Assembly: GCF_002159085.1 (NCBI RefSeq) | Contig: NZ_LZRU01000035.1 | Coordinates: forward strand, 19,866 to 83,865 | Length of the DNA stretch: 64,000 nucleotides | Reading direction: 5' to 3' | Source of the DNA: Thermobacillus sp. ZCTH02-B1 | GTDB taxonomy: Bacteria > Bacillota > Bacilli > Paenibacillales > Paenibacillaceae | Part shown: piece by piece, positions 9,668-20,450 of the stretch | How the letters are laid out: each line of letters starts with the position of its first letter | How positions within the stretch are numbered: position 1 is the stretch's first letter | The notes under the pieces: generated by a model | Told to the model about the DNA's origin: nothing | Database searches by the model: none | What the model saw: only the letters and a program-made list of their open reading frames with translations | Made by a program: the position numbers and the translations under genes

Positions 9668-10567
9668 TCATCCCTTGATCGAGCCGATCATGACGCCCTT
9701 CTCAAAATATTTCTGAATGAAGGGATATACGAGCAGGATCGGCAGCGTCGAGACGATGATGACGCCGTACTTGACCTGATCCGCATATCGCTGCGCGTAG
9801 CCGCCGGCATCGCCTCCGGTCCCCGCTCCGCTCTGGAATACCTGGTTCGAGAGCAGAATGTCGCGCAGCACGATTTGAAGCGGCTGAAGGTCGTTGTTCC
9901 GCACGTAGATCAGCGCGGTGAAGAAATCGTTCCAGTGCCCCACCGCGTAATACAGGCCGATGACGGACACGACCGCCTTCGACAGCGGCAGCGCCACGCT
10001 CCAGAAGAAGCGGAAATGTCCGCATCCGTCCATCGCGGCCGCTTCGTAGAGCTCGCGCGGCAGCGACGTCTCGAAGAACGTGCGCACGATGATGAGGTTG
10101 TAGACATTCACGCAGAACGGAAAAATGAACACCCAGATCGTATTCGTCATGCCGAGCCCCTTGATCAGCAGGTACGTCGGAATGAGCCCGCCGTTGAAGA
10201 ACATCGTCACGACGAACAGGAACATCAGCCAGCGCCTGGCCCTGAACTCCGGCCGGGACAGCGCATACGCCGCCGGCAGCGTGAACAGCAGATTGACGAA
10301 CGTGCCCAGCGTCGTGTACAGTACGGTGTTTCTGTATCCCCGCCAAATGCGCGTATCCCCGAAAATCTCGCTGTAGCCGAACAGACTGAATCCCCGGGGC
10401 CAGACCCACACCTTGCCCGTCGCCACCATGGTCGAATCGCTGACCGAAGCGATGACGACGAAATAGAGCGGGTAGGCGACGATCAGAAACACGAACACGC
10501 AGGCAACCGCGATCAACAGGTCAAACAACGCATCGCCGGCCGACCGTTTTCGCAACATCCATCCCAT
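9668..10567 (-). CDS. Carbohydrate ABC transporter permease
   Basis: MFFNGGLIP, LYEAAAMDG, YPFIQKYFEKGVMIGSIKG. Confidence 0.93.
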   Translation of the reverse strand: MGWMLRKRSAGDALFDLLIAVACVFVFLIVAYPLYFVVIASVSDSTMVATGKVWVWPRGFSLFGYSEIFGDTRIWRGYRNTVLYTTLGTFVNLLFTLPAAYALSRPEFRARRWLMFLFVVTMFFNGGLIPTYLLIKGLGMTNTIWVFIFPFCVNVYNLIIVRTFFETSLPRELYEAAAMDGCGHFRFFWSVALPLSKAVVSVIGLYYAVGHWNDFFTALIYVRNNDLQPLQIVLRDILLSNQVFQSGAGTGGDAGGYAQRYADQVKYGVIIVSTLPILLVYPFIQKYFEKGVMIGSIKG

Positions 10568-10586
10568 GGTCGCGTCCCTCCCCGGC

Positions 10587-11549
10587 CTACCACAGGCTGA
10601 TGTTCGAAACGCGCCGGGCGATATAGTTCGTGGCGACCAGGAAGAAGAAATTGATCACCGTGTTGAACAGCCCGATCGCCGCCGAATAGCTGAACTGGTT
10701 CGACAGGATGCCGACCTTGTACACGTAGGTCGAGATCACTTCCGATACGGGCAGGTTGAGCGTATTCTGCATCAGGAAAATTTTCTCGAACCCGGTCGTC
10801 AGCACGCCGCCCATGCTCAGGATGAACAGAATGACGATCGTCGGCGCGATGGCGGGCAGGTCAATATGGCGGATCATCTGCCATTTGCCCGCTCCGTCGA
10901 TTTTGGCCGAATCATAAAGCTGCGGATCCACGGTGGACAGCGCCGCGAGATAGATGATGCTGTTCCATCCGCAATGCTGCCAGATGTCCGAGAGGACATA
11001 GACCGGCACGAATGCGGTCGTCGAGGCAAGCAGATTGACCTCGTAACCCATGGATCGGAGCAGATAGCCGACGATGCCCGTATTCGGCGAGAGCAGCACG
11101 TTCAGAAGGCCCACCAGCACGACGATCGAGATGAAATGCGGCATGTAAACGACCGTCTGCAGCACCTTCTTTCCCCGCTTCCATCGCACCTGGTTCAGGA
11201 TGAGCGCCAGGATGATCGGGGCCGGGAAGCCGAGCAAAATCGTTGCGAGGCTGATCGTCACCGTATTGCGCATGATGTCCCAGAAAAGGTAGCTGTCGAT
11301 GAACTGCCGGAAATAGTGCAGCCCCCGCCATTCGCCCCCCGTCAGTCCCTTCGTGAAATCGTAATCGCGGAAAGCGAGCTGGATCCCGTACATCGGGACG
11401 TAATTGAACAGAAAAATGACGACGATCGCCGGCAATATCATGATCCAGAGCTGCCGGTCGCGCCAGACCGTCTGCCATATCGTCCTTCGTCCGCCCGTTC
11501 CGGCGGCCTTCCGGACGACGCCGGCCGCTGTCCGGGTGGCTTGCGCCAT
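10587..11549 (-). CDS. Carbohydrate ABC transporter permease
   Basis: YVPMYGIQLAF, YMPHFIS, LYDSAKIDGA. Confidence 0.93.
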   Translation of the reverse strand: MAQATRTAAGVVRKAAGTGGRRTIWQTVWRDRQLWIMILPAIVVIFLFNYVPMYGIQLAFRDYDFTKGLTGGEWRGLHYFRQFIDSYLFWDIMRNTVTISLATILLGFPAPIILALILNQVRWKRGKKVLQTVVYMPHFISIVVLVGLLNVLLSPNTGIVGYLLRSMGYEVNLLASTTAFVPVYVLSDIWQHCGWNSIIYLAALSTVDPQLYDSAKIDGAGKWQMIRHIDLPAIAPTIVILFILSMGGVLTTGFEKIFLMQNTLNLPVSEVISTYVYKVGILSNQFSYSAAIGLFNTVINFFFLVATNYIARRVSNISLW

Positions 11550-11621
11550 GATCCATCATCTCCCGTGAATGACGGGGCCGCGCCCGGGATTGCCGAGCGC
11601 GGTCGCCCGTGCCAGGATGCA

Positions 11622-13259
11622 TCATCGGTTCCGCTTGTACTCGTCCACATACCGCTGGAGGATTTCCAGATTTTGCGGCAAACCGGTCCGCTCCGCTTCT
11701 TTGACGTAACCGTCCCATTCCTTCTCGATGCCGCCGGACGTGATCCATTGCGAAAATTTCGCCATGGCCAGATTCATCAGGTTCGTGTTGTTCAGCGCCA
11801 TCGTGCTGTTGTCCTCCGGCGTGAACTTGATGAACATGGTCGGCAGCACGTCGTTCTCCTTGTCGATCGCGTTCAGCGCCGGCATGAGCGGCTCCGTTTG
11901 GGCACCCACCGACTGCATGTCGGTGCCGAGCGTCAGCTGGAGATCGTCGGATATGTACATCGGGCCGTTGTCCGCCCAGGTGGACGTCCATTTCCAGGTG
12001 CCGGGGTCCATGTTCGGGTCGGCCGGCGGGAGCACTTCGTACGTGCCGTCCCCGTTATCCTTGATGTTCGGGCCGATCGATCCGAACAGCACCTGCATGC
12101 TGACGATCGGATCATACAGCTCGTTGATGAACCGCATCGCCGCTTCCTTGTTCTTCGACTTGGCCGACATGACCACCATGTTGACGCCGTAATTGAGCGC
12201 TTCATACGAGTAATCCCACGACACCTGCACATCCGAATCGGCCGTCTCCTTCAGCGGAGGCATGGACACATACTGGGGCGCGAGCGTGTTGCCGAACCGG
12301 TCCGTTACCTCCCAGCCCCAGGTGAAACCGACCTTTGCGATGTCGCCTTCTCCGCGGGCGACCGCCTGGAACTTCGTGTAGTCCTGGGTGAACACCTCCG
12401 GGTTGATGAGCCCGGCCGCAAAGCATTTCGCGAGAAACTGTACGACCCGCTTGTAACGCTCGTCGACGAAGAAGTTTTTCACCACGCCGTCTTCCATGAA
12501 ATAACCCTGACCGCTTCCGTTCGTGAGTGTAATGCCCGTGCTGCCGAGCAGCACCGTCGGATGGAAGAACCCGAATCCGCCCGTCCCGACCGGGGCGAAG
12601 TCCATCGGAATTTCGTCGTTCGGATCGCCGTTGCCGTTTGCGTCCTGCTCCTTGAAAGCCACCAGCACGTCGTACAATTCGTCCCAGGTCGTCGGCATTT
12701 CCAGGCCGAGCCGGTCAAGCCACTCTTTGTTGATGTATTGCCGCGTGGCGGTCGCCGGCCAATACCGTTGGTACTTCGGCAGGCCGTAGATGGAACCGTC
12801 CGTCTGCGTCGCCAGCACCCGCGTCTCCGGCTTTTCTTCGAACATCCGCCTGACGTTGGGCCCGTGGCTTTCGATCAGGTCGCGGAGATCCTGGAACAGC
12901 CCGGGAAACATCGCGATGTCCGCGTCGGTGATCGCGTTGGGTCCGATGATCAGATCCGGGATATCGCCTGCGGAGAGCAGCGCACCCTTCTTCTGATCCC
13001 AGTCCGCGGTCACTTCCTCCCATTCGATGTCGACGCCCGCGCGCTCTTCCGCCGCCTGCAGCCATTCCATCTCCGACAACGGCTTCGTCAGCGCGTGCTT
13101 GATCATAATGGCGGTCAATTTCACCCGCCGGCCCGCATCTCCCTCCGCGCTTCCGCCGGATGACCCGTCCCCTCCGTTGTCGTTTTTGCCGCCGCTGCAG
13201 GCCGCAAGCGCAGATGCGGCGAGCAGGATCGCGAGAAACAAAGACCACGCCCTTTTCAT
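11622..13259 (-). CDS. Carbohydrate ABC transporter substrate-binding lipoprotein
   Basis: Lipobox LAAC; PTTWDELYDVL...DANGNGDPNDEIP motif. Confidence 0.92.
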   Translation of the reverse strand: MKRAWSLFLAILLAASALAACSGGKNDNGGDGSSGGSAEGDAGRRVKLTAIMIKHALTKPLSEMEWLQAAEERAGVDIEWEEVTADWDQKKGALLSAGDIPDLIIGPNAITDADIAMFPGLFQDLRDLIESHGPNVRRMFEEKPETRVLATQTDGSIYGLPKYQRYWPATATRQYINKEWLDRLGLEMPTTWDELYDVLVAFKEQDANGNGDPNDEIPMDFAPVGTGGFGFFHPTVLLGSTGITLTNGSGQGYFMEDGVVKNFFVDERYKRVVQFLAKCFAAGLINPEVFTQDYTKFQAVARGEGDIAKVGFTWGWEVTDRFGNTLAPQYVSMPPLKETADSDVQVSWDYSYEALNYGVNMVVMSAKSKNKEAAMRFINELYDPIVSMQVLFGSIGPNIKDNGDGTYEVLPPADPNMDPGTWKWTSTWADNGPMYISDDLQLTLGTDMQSVGAQTEPLMPALNAIDKENDVLPTMFIKFTPEDNSTMALNNTNLMNLAMAKFSQWITSGGIEKEWDGYVKEAERTGLPQNLEILQRYVDEYKRNR

Positions 13260-13286
13260 CCCGTCGCTTCCTCCGTTTCCGTCTCA

Positions 13287-13300
13287 TGATATCGTTTACA
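13287..13300. promoter_or_regulatory. cre (CcpA operator)
   Basis: TGATATCGTTTACA fits TGWNANCGNTNWCA exactly, 28 bp upstream of the SBP start. Confidence 0.75.
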
Positions 13301-13434
13301 ATCGCCGGCGCTTGCTGCCGGATGTCCTGCAGTCCCAGCCTAACAGGCGATGCCGGACGATTACAACGCGCACAATGATTGGAAACGGGGGACAACGATT
13401 GGATGATGGCGCGGTCGGAAAAACCGGGAATCCT

Positions 13435-14793
13435 TCAGCGGTAGAGCCCGCGGAACTCGGCCTGCACTTCCGCCGACACGGAGCTGAACGCTTCGCGGAC
13501 CGACATGCGGCCGAGCCACACCTGATCGAGCACCGGATTCATGATCGCGGCAATCTTTTCGTTATTGCGGAGGTAATAGTCGAAGGAGTTGACACCGTTC
13601 TCGATCGTCTGGCGCATGACGGCGTCCTCATACCCGGCCGGATGTCCGGGCTTGACGGTCGCCCATCGGGCGATCAGTTCGGGTTCCGTATAATAGTCGA
13701 GCATGATCGGCATCCACAGCCCGTCGGCATACAGCTCGATCGCGTTTTCGGGGTCCAGCAGCCATTTGAAGAACAGCCAGGCCTCCTGCGGATGGCGGGT
13801 CGTAGCCGACATGACCAGCGGTTCGCCGAATTGGATCGTGTGGCTCTTCTTGAGTTTGGGAAGCACGCCCACGCCGTAATCGGCCCCCGCTGCGCCGAGA
13901 TCGAGCTGAATCCACTGACCGTCCAGGTTCATGGCGACCATGCCGCTTTCGAGCGCCAGCGCCGGCTGCGGCAAATGTTTCTCCTGAAGCGGATTCGGCG
14001 CGACATGGTGGACGTACATCAGATCGGCCAGCCGCTGCACGGCGTCCATGACGTCCGGATCTTCCAGATTCATGCCGCTGCCGTCCGGCTTGACGACCGA
14101 CGTGCCGTTGGATGGCACCATCAGGTGCCACATCCAGGTGTTGAACCGGACGCCGTACTGGACGATCCCGTCCGGATCAAACGCGGGATGGAACGCGTCG
14201 CGCCCGGCGCTGTCAATCGTCAACCGCTTCGCGACACGGACGAACTCATCCCAATCCCAGGCCTCCTCCGCCCGCGTCGGGGGCGGATCGAGACCGGCCT
14301 TGCGGAACAATTCGACATTGTAATAGAGCGCGAACGATTCCTCCGTCGCCTTGATGCCGATCACGCTGCCGCCGTCCCCGTGCATGACGGCGTTCGGAAT
14401 GAACGACGATTCGCCGATGGCCGGATCGGCTTCCAGCAGCGGACGCAGATCGTACAGTTTGCCCTGCTCCGCCCATTGAACGGCGGTATGCTTGTAGAGC
14501 ATGTACACGTCCGGCGCCTTGTTGCCCGCATAGAGCGTGGTCAGCACTTTGACGTAATCTTCCGGAATGTGCCGGTAGACGACTTCGATATGCGGGTACC
14601 GCTCCATGAACTTGCGCACGATTCGCTCATGCGCCGCCCGTTCGTTCGGCGACCCCCAGGTCGCGTAGGTGATGGTGACGCGCTCCCCGCCTGCGGACGC
14701 CCGGAGGTCCAACGCCATCCGACCGCAACCGCCCGCAAGGAACGAGGCCAGCAACAGAAGAATCAGCGCCGTCCGCCGGCGCTCCCCTTTCAT
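13435..14793 (-). CDS. Sugar-binding lipoprotein co-encoded with two-component system
   Basis: ATG 14793 overlaps kinase TGA (ATGA); MKGERRRTALILLLLASFLAGGC lipobox; ALYYNVELFRKAG motif. Confidence 0.88.
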   Translation of the reverse strand: MKGERRRTALILLLLASFLAGGCGRMALDLRASAGGERVTITYATWGSPNERAAHERIVRKFMERYPHIEVVYRHIPEDYVKVLTTLYAGNKAPDVYMLYKHTAVQWAEQGKLYDLRPLLEADPAIGESSFIPNAVMHGDGGSVIGIKATEESFALYYNVELFRKAGLDPPPTRAEEAWDWDEFVRVAKRLTIDSAGRDAFHPAFDPDGIVQYGVRFNTWMWHLMVPSNGTSVVKPDGSGMNLEDPDVMDAVQRLADLMYVHHVAPNPLQEKHLPQPALALESGMVAMNLDGQWIQLDLGAAGADYGVGVLPKLKKSHTIQFGEPLVMSATTRHPQEAWLFFKWLLDPENAIELYADGLWMPIMLDYYTEPELIARWATVKPGHPAGYEDAVMRQTIENGVNSFDYYLRNNEKIAAIMNPVLDQVWLGRMSVREAFSSVSAEVQAEFRGLYR

Positions 14794-16724
14794 CCGCACG
14801 GCGCTTCCCTCCGTTCGCCTGCCCGCGACGCTTCCGACTCCTCCGAAGCGAAGGGCGCCCTGCGGGCGTCGCGGGAGACCGCCAGCCGGATCACCACCTT
14901 CGTGCCGCACCCTTCGCGGCTTTCGACGTGCACGCCGTACTCCGGTCCGTAGAGAATCCGGATCCGCTTCCCGACGTTCGCGATGCCCGTCGACTGGGCT
15001 TCGCCGTTCATCATGCGCGACAGCCGTTCCGTGGAGAACCCCCGCCCGTTGTCCTCGACCGTGAACACCGCCGCGTCGCCTTCGCGCCGGCCGCGGATCC
15101 GGATGACGCCGCCGCCCGTCATTTCCGCAAAACCGTGAATGATCGCGTTTTCGACGAAAGGCTGAAGGAACAGCTTGGGCACGTCCATGTCGAGCAGTTC
15201 CTCCGCAACGTCGACCTCCATCGTGAACAATTCTTCAAACCGGGTTGACATGACGTATGCGTATTTTTCGAGCCAGTCCAGATCGGTGCGGAGCGGCCAC
15301 ATTTCACGCTTGTGGCGCGCCGTCATCTGAAGCATGTCCGACAGATTGAGCATGACGCGGGCCATCTCCTGCTGGCCGTTCTCGATCGCAATCCAGTACA
15401 ACGTCGTCAGCGTGTTGTACAGGAAGTGCGGGTTCAGCTGCAGATTGAGCGCCATCAGCTCCGCCTCCTTCTCCCGCAGCCGGACGGCATAATTCTCCTC
15501 GATCAGCGCCGCGATCCGGCTGTTCATCTGGTTGAACAGCCGGATGACGTGTCCGAATTCGTCCCGGCCGCCTTCCGGTATGCGCACGCCGAACCTTCCC
15601 CGCTCCACCATCAGGATCGCCTGTTTGATCCTGATGAGCGGCTTCGTGACGACGAACGACATCAGATAGGCAATCAGCGCGGAGACCGACAGCATGACGG
15701 CAAGAAACAGGATCGTGTAGCCCTTCAGCGCGCCGATCCCGTGCAGCGCATCCCGGACGGGAATTTCGATCCAGGACAGCCATCCGGTGCTCGCCATCGT
15801 GTCGTAACGGACCAACAGGTCCCGACCTTCGCGCTCGAAACGCAGCATGCCGCGCTTCCGCTCGAGCGCTTCCGCAAGCCATGGCGGCGACCCGGCGGTT
15901 CCGGCCCGCTCCGGTTCCGACGCCGCGATGATGGTGCCGTCCGGCGCCGCGATGCCGTAGGAGAGACGCCGGTAACCGTTGCTTCCCGCGAACTCCTCGA
16001 ACAGCCGGCTGAAATAGTCGACGGTCAGATTCACCATCAGCACCGGCTTTTCCCGGTCGTCCGGCAACGTGTGAAAAATGCCCCGCTCGTCGATGTAGGT
16101 CAGGTTGAGCTGCTTCACCGCCGACACAAGCCGGTCATACTCGAAGCGAAATCCCTCGAGGCGGGGCTCGTTCATGACGTCCGCGAACCGGTAGGTCGGA
16201 ATCCAGACGAGATCCCCGCCCGCCGCTTCCGCGGCCGCGCGCAGTTCGGATGAAAAAAAGCCGCCGGGCGGCACGAACATGCGCGCCGCGCTGCCGAAGG
16301 CGTAATTCGGCGTCATGATGAACACCGAATAGATGCCGTCGTTGCCGCCGAAATAGCGGAACAAAATCTGGGTGATGCGCCGGTCGGCCTTCAGCAGCGA
16401 TTCGTTGTCCTCCGGTTCGATGGCCGCGAACGTTTCATACAGTTCCGCGTCGATCGGCAGCACTTCGCTCTTGTCCGCAATGTCAAACAGGGCCGCGTCC
16501 AGCTGCAGATTCTGGTTCAGGACGACATCTCCCAGACTTTCGCTGACGTTCGCGAGCATGTTGCGCGCGCTGATCTCGTAATAGACGAACCCGAGCAGCA
16601 GAATGATGAAGCTGACCAGCGCGAAATAGGACGCGAACAGTTTCATCCGGAAGCCGGCACCCGCGGCCGCTTCCCGCATGCCGCGAGCGAGCCGGCGGGC
16701 GGCCCGAACGGCGGATCGCATCAA
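14790..16724 (-). CDS. Sensor histidine kinase, YesM/LytS family
   Basis: LQLNPHFLYNTL, QPFVENAIIHG, DNGRG; two TM segments + HAMP. Confidence 0.92.
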   Translation of the reverse strand: MMRSAVRAARRLARGMREAAAGAGFRMKLFASYFALVSFIILLLGFVYYEISARNMLANVSESLGDVVLNQNLQLDAALFDIADKSEVLPIDAELYETFAAIEPEDNESLLKADRRITQILFRYFGGNDGIYSVFIMTPNYAFGSAARMFVPPGGFFSSELRAAAEAAGGDLVWIPTYRFADVMNEPRLEGFRFEYDRLVSAVKQLNLTYIDERGIFHTLPDDREKPVLMVNLTVDYFSRLFEEFAGSNGYRRLSYGIAAPDGTIIAASEPERAGTAGSPPWLAEALERKRGMLRFEREGRDLLVRYDTMASTGWLSWIEIPVRDALHGIGALKGYTILFLAVMLSVSALIAYLMSFVVTKPLIRIKQAILMVERGRFGVRIPEGGRDEFGHVIRLFNQMNSRIAALIEENYAVRLREKEAELMALNLQLNPHFLYNTLTTLYWIAIENGQQEMARVMLNLSDMLQMTARHKREMWPLRTDLDWLEKYAYVMSTRFEELFTMEVDVAEELLDMDVPKLFLQPFVENAIIHGFAEMTGGGVIRIRGRREGDAAVFTVEDNGRGFSTERLSRMMNGEAQSTGIANVGKRIRILYGPEYGVHVESREGCGTKVVIRLAVSRDARRAPFASEESEASRAGERREAPCG

Positions 16725-18466
16725 ATACCCCCCGCTTCATGGCGAGCCGCGAACATCCGTCGGAACTCGTCGGGCGAACAGAGAAACATTTTGCGGAACA
16801 CTTTGTTGAAATATTTCGTGTCCTTGTACCCCACCCGGCACGCGATCTCCGCCACCCGCAGATTGGTGTTGAGGAGCAGTTCCCGCGCCTTCCGCATCCG
16901 CGCCTGCGCGAGGTATTCCGAGAACGGCATGCCGGCGTGCTGCTTGAACAGGATGCTGAAATAGGACGGATTGTAGTAAAACCGCTGCGCCACCGCCTCC
17001 AGGCCGAGGTTCTCGTGCAAATGCGCGTCGATATACTCACGGCATTTTCGCATGATCAGCTCGATTCGGGATTGCCTGGATACCTTGAGCCGGCAGATCA
17101 GATCACACAGCAATCGTTCGGCGGCAGCCTTCACGTCCGCCCATGACGGGGAAGCCAGGATCTGCCGTTCGATCCGCTCGGACAATTCGCGGCTGTCGGC
17201 TTCGTCCAGCACGAATTCCGTCCGCTGCATGCAGCCGAGCAGAAGCTGCATCGCAGCCAGCTTCGCCCGCATCGGCGGCGGGCCGGAACGGGCAATCCGA
17301 TCGAGTGCCTCCGCGAGCAGCCCGGCAGCCTTCGCCTCGTCGCAAGAAGCCGCCGCCTCTTCCAGCGCGTCGATGTCCCGGGCGGACGGCAGCGGTCCGA
17401 CATCTGCGTGCTGCTTCGCATCGCCCGGGACGCCGGCGTCCAGCCATGTCCCCGGCCGCGCATAGAACAGCCGGTCCAGTGCTTCGATCGCGTTTCGATA
17501 CGATTCGTGCGCATCCCGCTCGATCCGGGGCACCTCGCGGCCGATCGCCGCGCCGACGGTGCGGCCGTACACCCGGGCAAGCCGCTGCACCGCATCCCGC
17601 AGCCTGCCGAGCGCTTCGGCCGGACTGCATCCGGTCTTCCAGGCCGCCGCGATGTACAGCCGTCCGGGTTCGTGATCCGGAGCCGATGCGGCCGCATCCG
17701 CATAAGAAGCCAGCGCCCGGAGCGCCGTTTGCCTGAGCATCCCGCGCCATTCCTCCTCCCGGACGAACCCCCCGTCCGACGGTTCCGGCGTCCCGCCGCC
17801 CGGACCGGACGTCTCCAACAGGATCACGCGACCCGGTCCGGCCAGGCCGAAGCGGCTCTCCCACTCCTCCCGCTCGCCGGCGGTCAGTTCGCCGGAGGCC
17901 ATCCACTTGTGGAGCAGATGTTCGGCGTACAACCGCGATGCCACCGTGTCCGGCGCGGCCGGCCGCCGCGCATGATCGGCTTCATGCCGCGCGTCTTCCG
18001 CGGAACCCTGGACGGCTTCCCTTCCCGCCGCCGTTCCAGGAACCCGCCATTTCTGTTCCGCCGGGCTTCGCTCCCGCTCCCGCACGAGCTGCTCCTCCAG
18101 CTTCTCCAGCACGTCCGCCAATTGTTCCGGCCTTACCGGCTTCAGCAAATAGTCCTTCGCGCCGAGCCGCAGCGCTTGCTGGGCGTAGCTGAATTCACTG
18201 TATACGCTTACAAGAACGACCTTCGGCCGTCCCTGCGGCAGGCGGCCGACCGCTTCGAGAAACTCGAGGCCGCTGGCCAGCGGCATCTGGATATCCGTGA
18301 ACACGAACTCCGGGGCGGATTCCCGTACCAGCTTGAGCGCCTCCTTCCCGTTCCTCGCCTCATATACGCGGTAAGCGGGTCGGAGCGAGCGAATGAGCGC
18401 AGCCAGCCCGCGCCGTTGCCGCGGCTCGTCGTCCGCCACCAGTACGCCGATCGGTTCTGCCAGCAT
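16721..18466 (-). CDS. Response regulator, YesN family
   Basis: VLVADDE...TDIQMP; C-terminal AraC HTH. Confidence 0.92.
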   Translation of the reverse strand: MLAEPIGVLVADDEPRQRRGLAALIRSLRPAYRVYEARNGKEALKLVRESAPEFVFTDIQMPLASGLEFLEAVGRLPQGRPKVVLVSVYSEFSYAQQALRLGAKDYLLKPVRPEQLADVLEKLEEQLVRERERSPAEQKWRVPGTAAGREAVQGSAEDARHEADHARRPAAPDTVASRLYAEHLLHKWMASGELTAGEREEWESRFGLAGPGRVILLETSGPGGGTPEPSDGGFVREEEWRGMLRQTALRALASYADAAASAPDHEPGRLYIAAAWKTGCSPAEALGRLRDAVQRLARVYGRTVGAAIGREVPRIERDAHESYRNAIEALDRLFYARPGTWLDAGVPGDAKQHADVGPLPSARDIDALEEAAASCDEAKAAGLLAEALDRIARSGPPPMRAKLAAMQLLLGCMQRTEFVLDEADSRELSERIERQILASPSWADVKAAAERLLCDLICRLKVSRQSRIELIMRKCREYIDAHLHENLGLEAVAQRFYYNPSYFSILFKQHAGMPFSEYLAQARMRKARELLLNTNLRVAEIACRVGYKDTKYFNKVFRKMFLCSPDEFRRMFAARHEAGGI

Positions 18467-18581
18467 TCCCCGTAACCCCCATCTGGATCAAGCTGTACCC
18501 ATAATTGTACGAAAAGCCCGGTATTCCGTGAAACGGACATACCGGGCAATTTCATTGGAAAAAGGGTACATGAATTGGATT

Positions 18582-19347
18582 TTATCTTCCCGCCGACACC
18601 CCGATATCCCCCGTTTTCGAGACGAGGCGAACAAGCGGCATCTCCGGGCCGGGGGAGACGACCTCCGTGCCGGGCAGCCCGATCTTTTGTTCGCCGAGGA
18701 GCGTCCTCAGGTCGAGCGCCACCTGCTCCGGCGCCTCCTCCGTGACGACCTCGATGTCGCCCAACCCGGTTTCGGCGAAGATGTCCCCCTCGATGGCGGT
18801 TACGCCCAGCTCGATGTCGCCCGCTTCGGTCCGGGCGTCGATGCTGCCGGACAGCCCGGACGTCTTGATTTCGCCGCTGACGCTCTCCATCCCGAACCGG
18901 TTGGCCCGCACGGCCTCAACCGTGATTATCCGCGGCCACCGTGACGATCTCCACCTGCTCGTACCGCCGATCCGGGAGCTCCACCAGCAACCTGTACTCG
19001 CCGGGGTTGAGCGAAATCAGCCTGCGCTTTGCCTCGCGCGACGCCTCGATGACCACCTTGCCGTCGCGCTCGCTGACCTCCAGCCTGATCTCGTCCTTAT
19101 GCAGGCGACCGGTTCTGCCTTCGACCGTCGCCGTAATCGCTTCTCCCCCGCCGACGACGACGCGGACATCGCCGTCTTCGGAGCGGATTTCGATCCGGCT
19201 CCCGTCTGCCGCAACCGACCGGGATTCCCGGATTTCCGTCATGTTGAACGGCGACACGCCGGACGCGTACAGCACTCCGTTGATCGCGATGGCCGCCCCA
19301 ATCAACAGCAGTCCGATCACGACCATTTTGCCGAATCTTCCTGTCAT
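18582..19347 (-). pseudogene. DUF4097 (adhesin-like beta-strand repeat) protein, frameshifted
   Basis: ORFs 18916..19347 and 18582..18911 join if one A at ~18927 is removed (GAT-A-ATC-ACG-GTT-GAG); repeated xxGDI motifs; N-terminal TM. Confidence 0.75.
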
Positions 19348-19888
19348 GCCTTGTCCTCCGTTCTCAATTTGACATTGTGCTGCAGCCTGTCGAGCATCAG
19401 CCTGACGAAAAAGGACGCGAATTTCGCCGCCGCCGTCCAGACGATCAACCCCAAGCCGAACAGCCCCGCAAGAAGCGGCAACTCCAGGAAATAGGTTGTC
19501 GTCGGTCCGTCCTGCACGAACGCCAGCAACGGCGACGCGATCAGGAAGATCGCAACGAGGAACAGCGCCGCCGTGAGCAACATCCCGACCAGAAAAGGAA
19601 CCAGCAGCGCCAGCGCGTTTGCGAGCCCGAGCCCGACGCCGGCGAACACTGCGCGGGATATCCGGCCCAGCGTCGGTCGGGCCTGCGCCCGGTCGACGCT
19701 GAGCTGGTACAGGATTTCCCGCGCCACCATGTGCGGCGGTCCGAGCCGCCGCGCGATCTCCTCGTCCGTCCGCCCGCCCGGCCGTGCGCGAAATGCGCCT
19801 CGTAATCGGCCAGCAGCTCCTCGCGCTCCTCCTCGCCCAGAGCGCCGAGCCGCTTCCTGAGTTCCGCGAGATATTCCGCCTGGGTCAT
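19344..19888 (-). pseudogene. DUF1700/HAAS-domain membrane protein, frameshifted
   Basis: MTQAEYLAELRKRL...DYEAHF...G then GRTDEEIARRLGPP in another frame; shift at ~19775 in a GGCG repeat. Confidence 0.78.
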
Positions 19889-19892
19889 CGGT

Positions 19893-20204
19893 TCATTTCC
19901 CCTCCAACACGTTCTGCACGCCCTGAACGAATGCCTCCCATTCCCGGAGAAGCCGCTGCTGGACCTCGCGGCCGGCCGGCGTCAGCCGGTAATATTTCCG
20001 CGGCGGGCCTTCCATCGACTCCGCCAGATAGGTGGTGCAGAGGCCTTCCTTCGTCAGCCTCCGCAGCAGCGGATAGATCGTCCCTTCGGCGATCTCGATG
20101 TTCCGGGAAATGAGCTCCACGAGCTCGTAGCCGTAGCGGTCCTTCCGGGCAATCAGGCTGAGGACGCACAGCTCGAGCACACCCTTCTTGAATTGCACGT
20201 TCAT
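19893..20204 (-). CDS. PadR family transcriptional regulator
   Basis: [12 protein letters not shown]...YGYEL...[11 protein letters not shown]...RKYYRLT. Confidence 0.93.
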   Translation of the reverse strand: MNVQFKKGVLELCVLSLIARKDRYGYELVELISRNIEIAEGTIYPLLRRLTKEGLCTTYLAESMEGPPRKYYRLTPAGREVQQRLLREWEAFVQGVQNVLEGK

Positions 20205-20450
20205 CCTTCGTTCCCCGCCTTGTTCACCGACTGCTCATGGGTGGAGCCTGCGCTTCCGGACCGCCGTACCGGCTCCCTTGCTTGACCGCGCGATGACGGG
20301 ATGCAGGACCCTGTCCCGGTCCCCGGTCCGCGTCGGCTCGAACCGCGCGTCATGTTCCTTCGCCTCGTCGATATGGTCATGCCATCGATTCGATCGCGCG
20401 CCCGGAAAGCCCGGCGCGCCGCCCCGCCGGCGACTCCTTCGCCCGCCGGG

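Noticed and set aside
18503-18518. AraR-like half sites (AATTGTACG at ~18503, ATTTGTACG at ~39233)
   Set aside because: Only the left half matches the AraR palindrome.
18916-18935. Programmed ribosomal frameshift in the DUF4097 gene
   Set aside because: No slippery heptamer or obvious stimulatory structure; a simple indel is more parsimonious.
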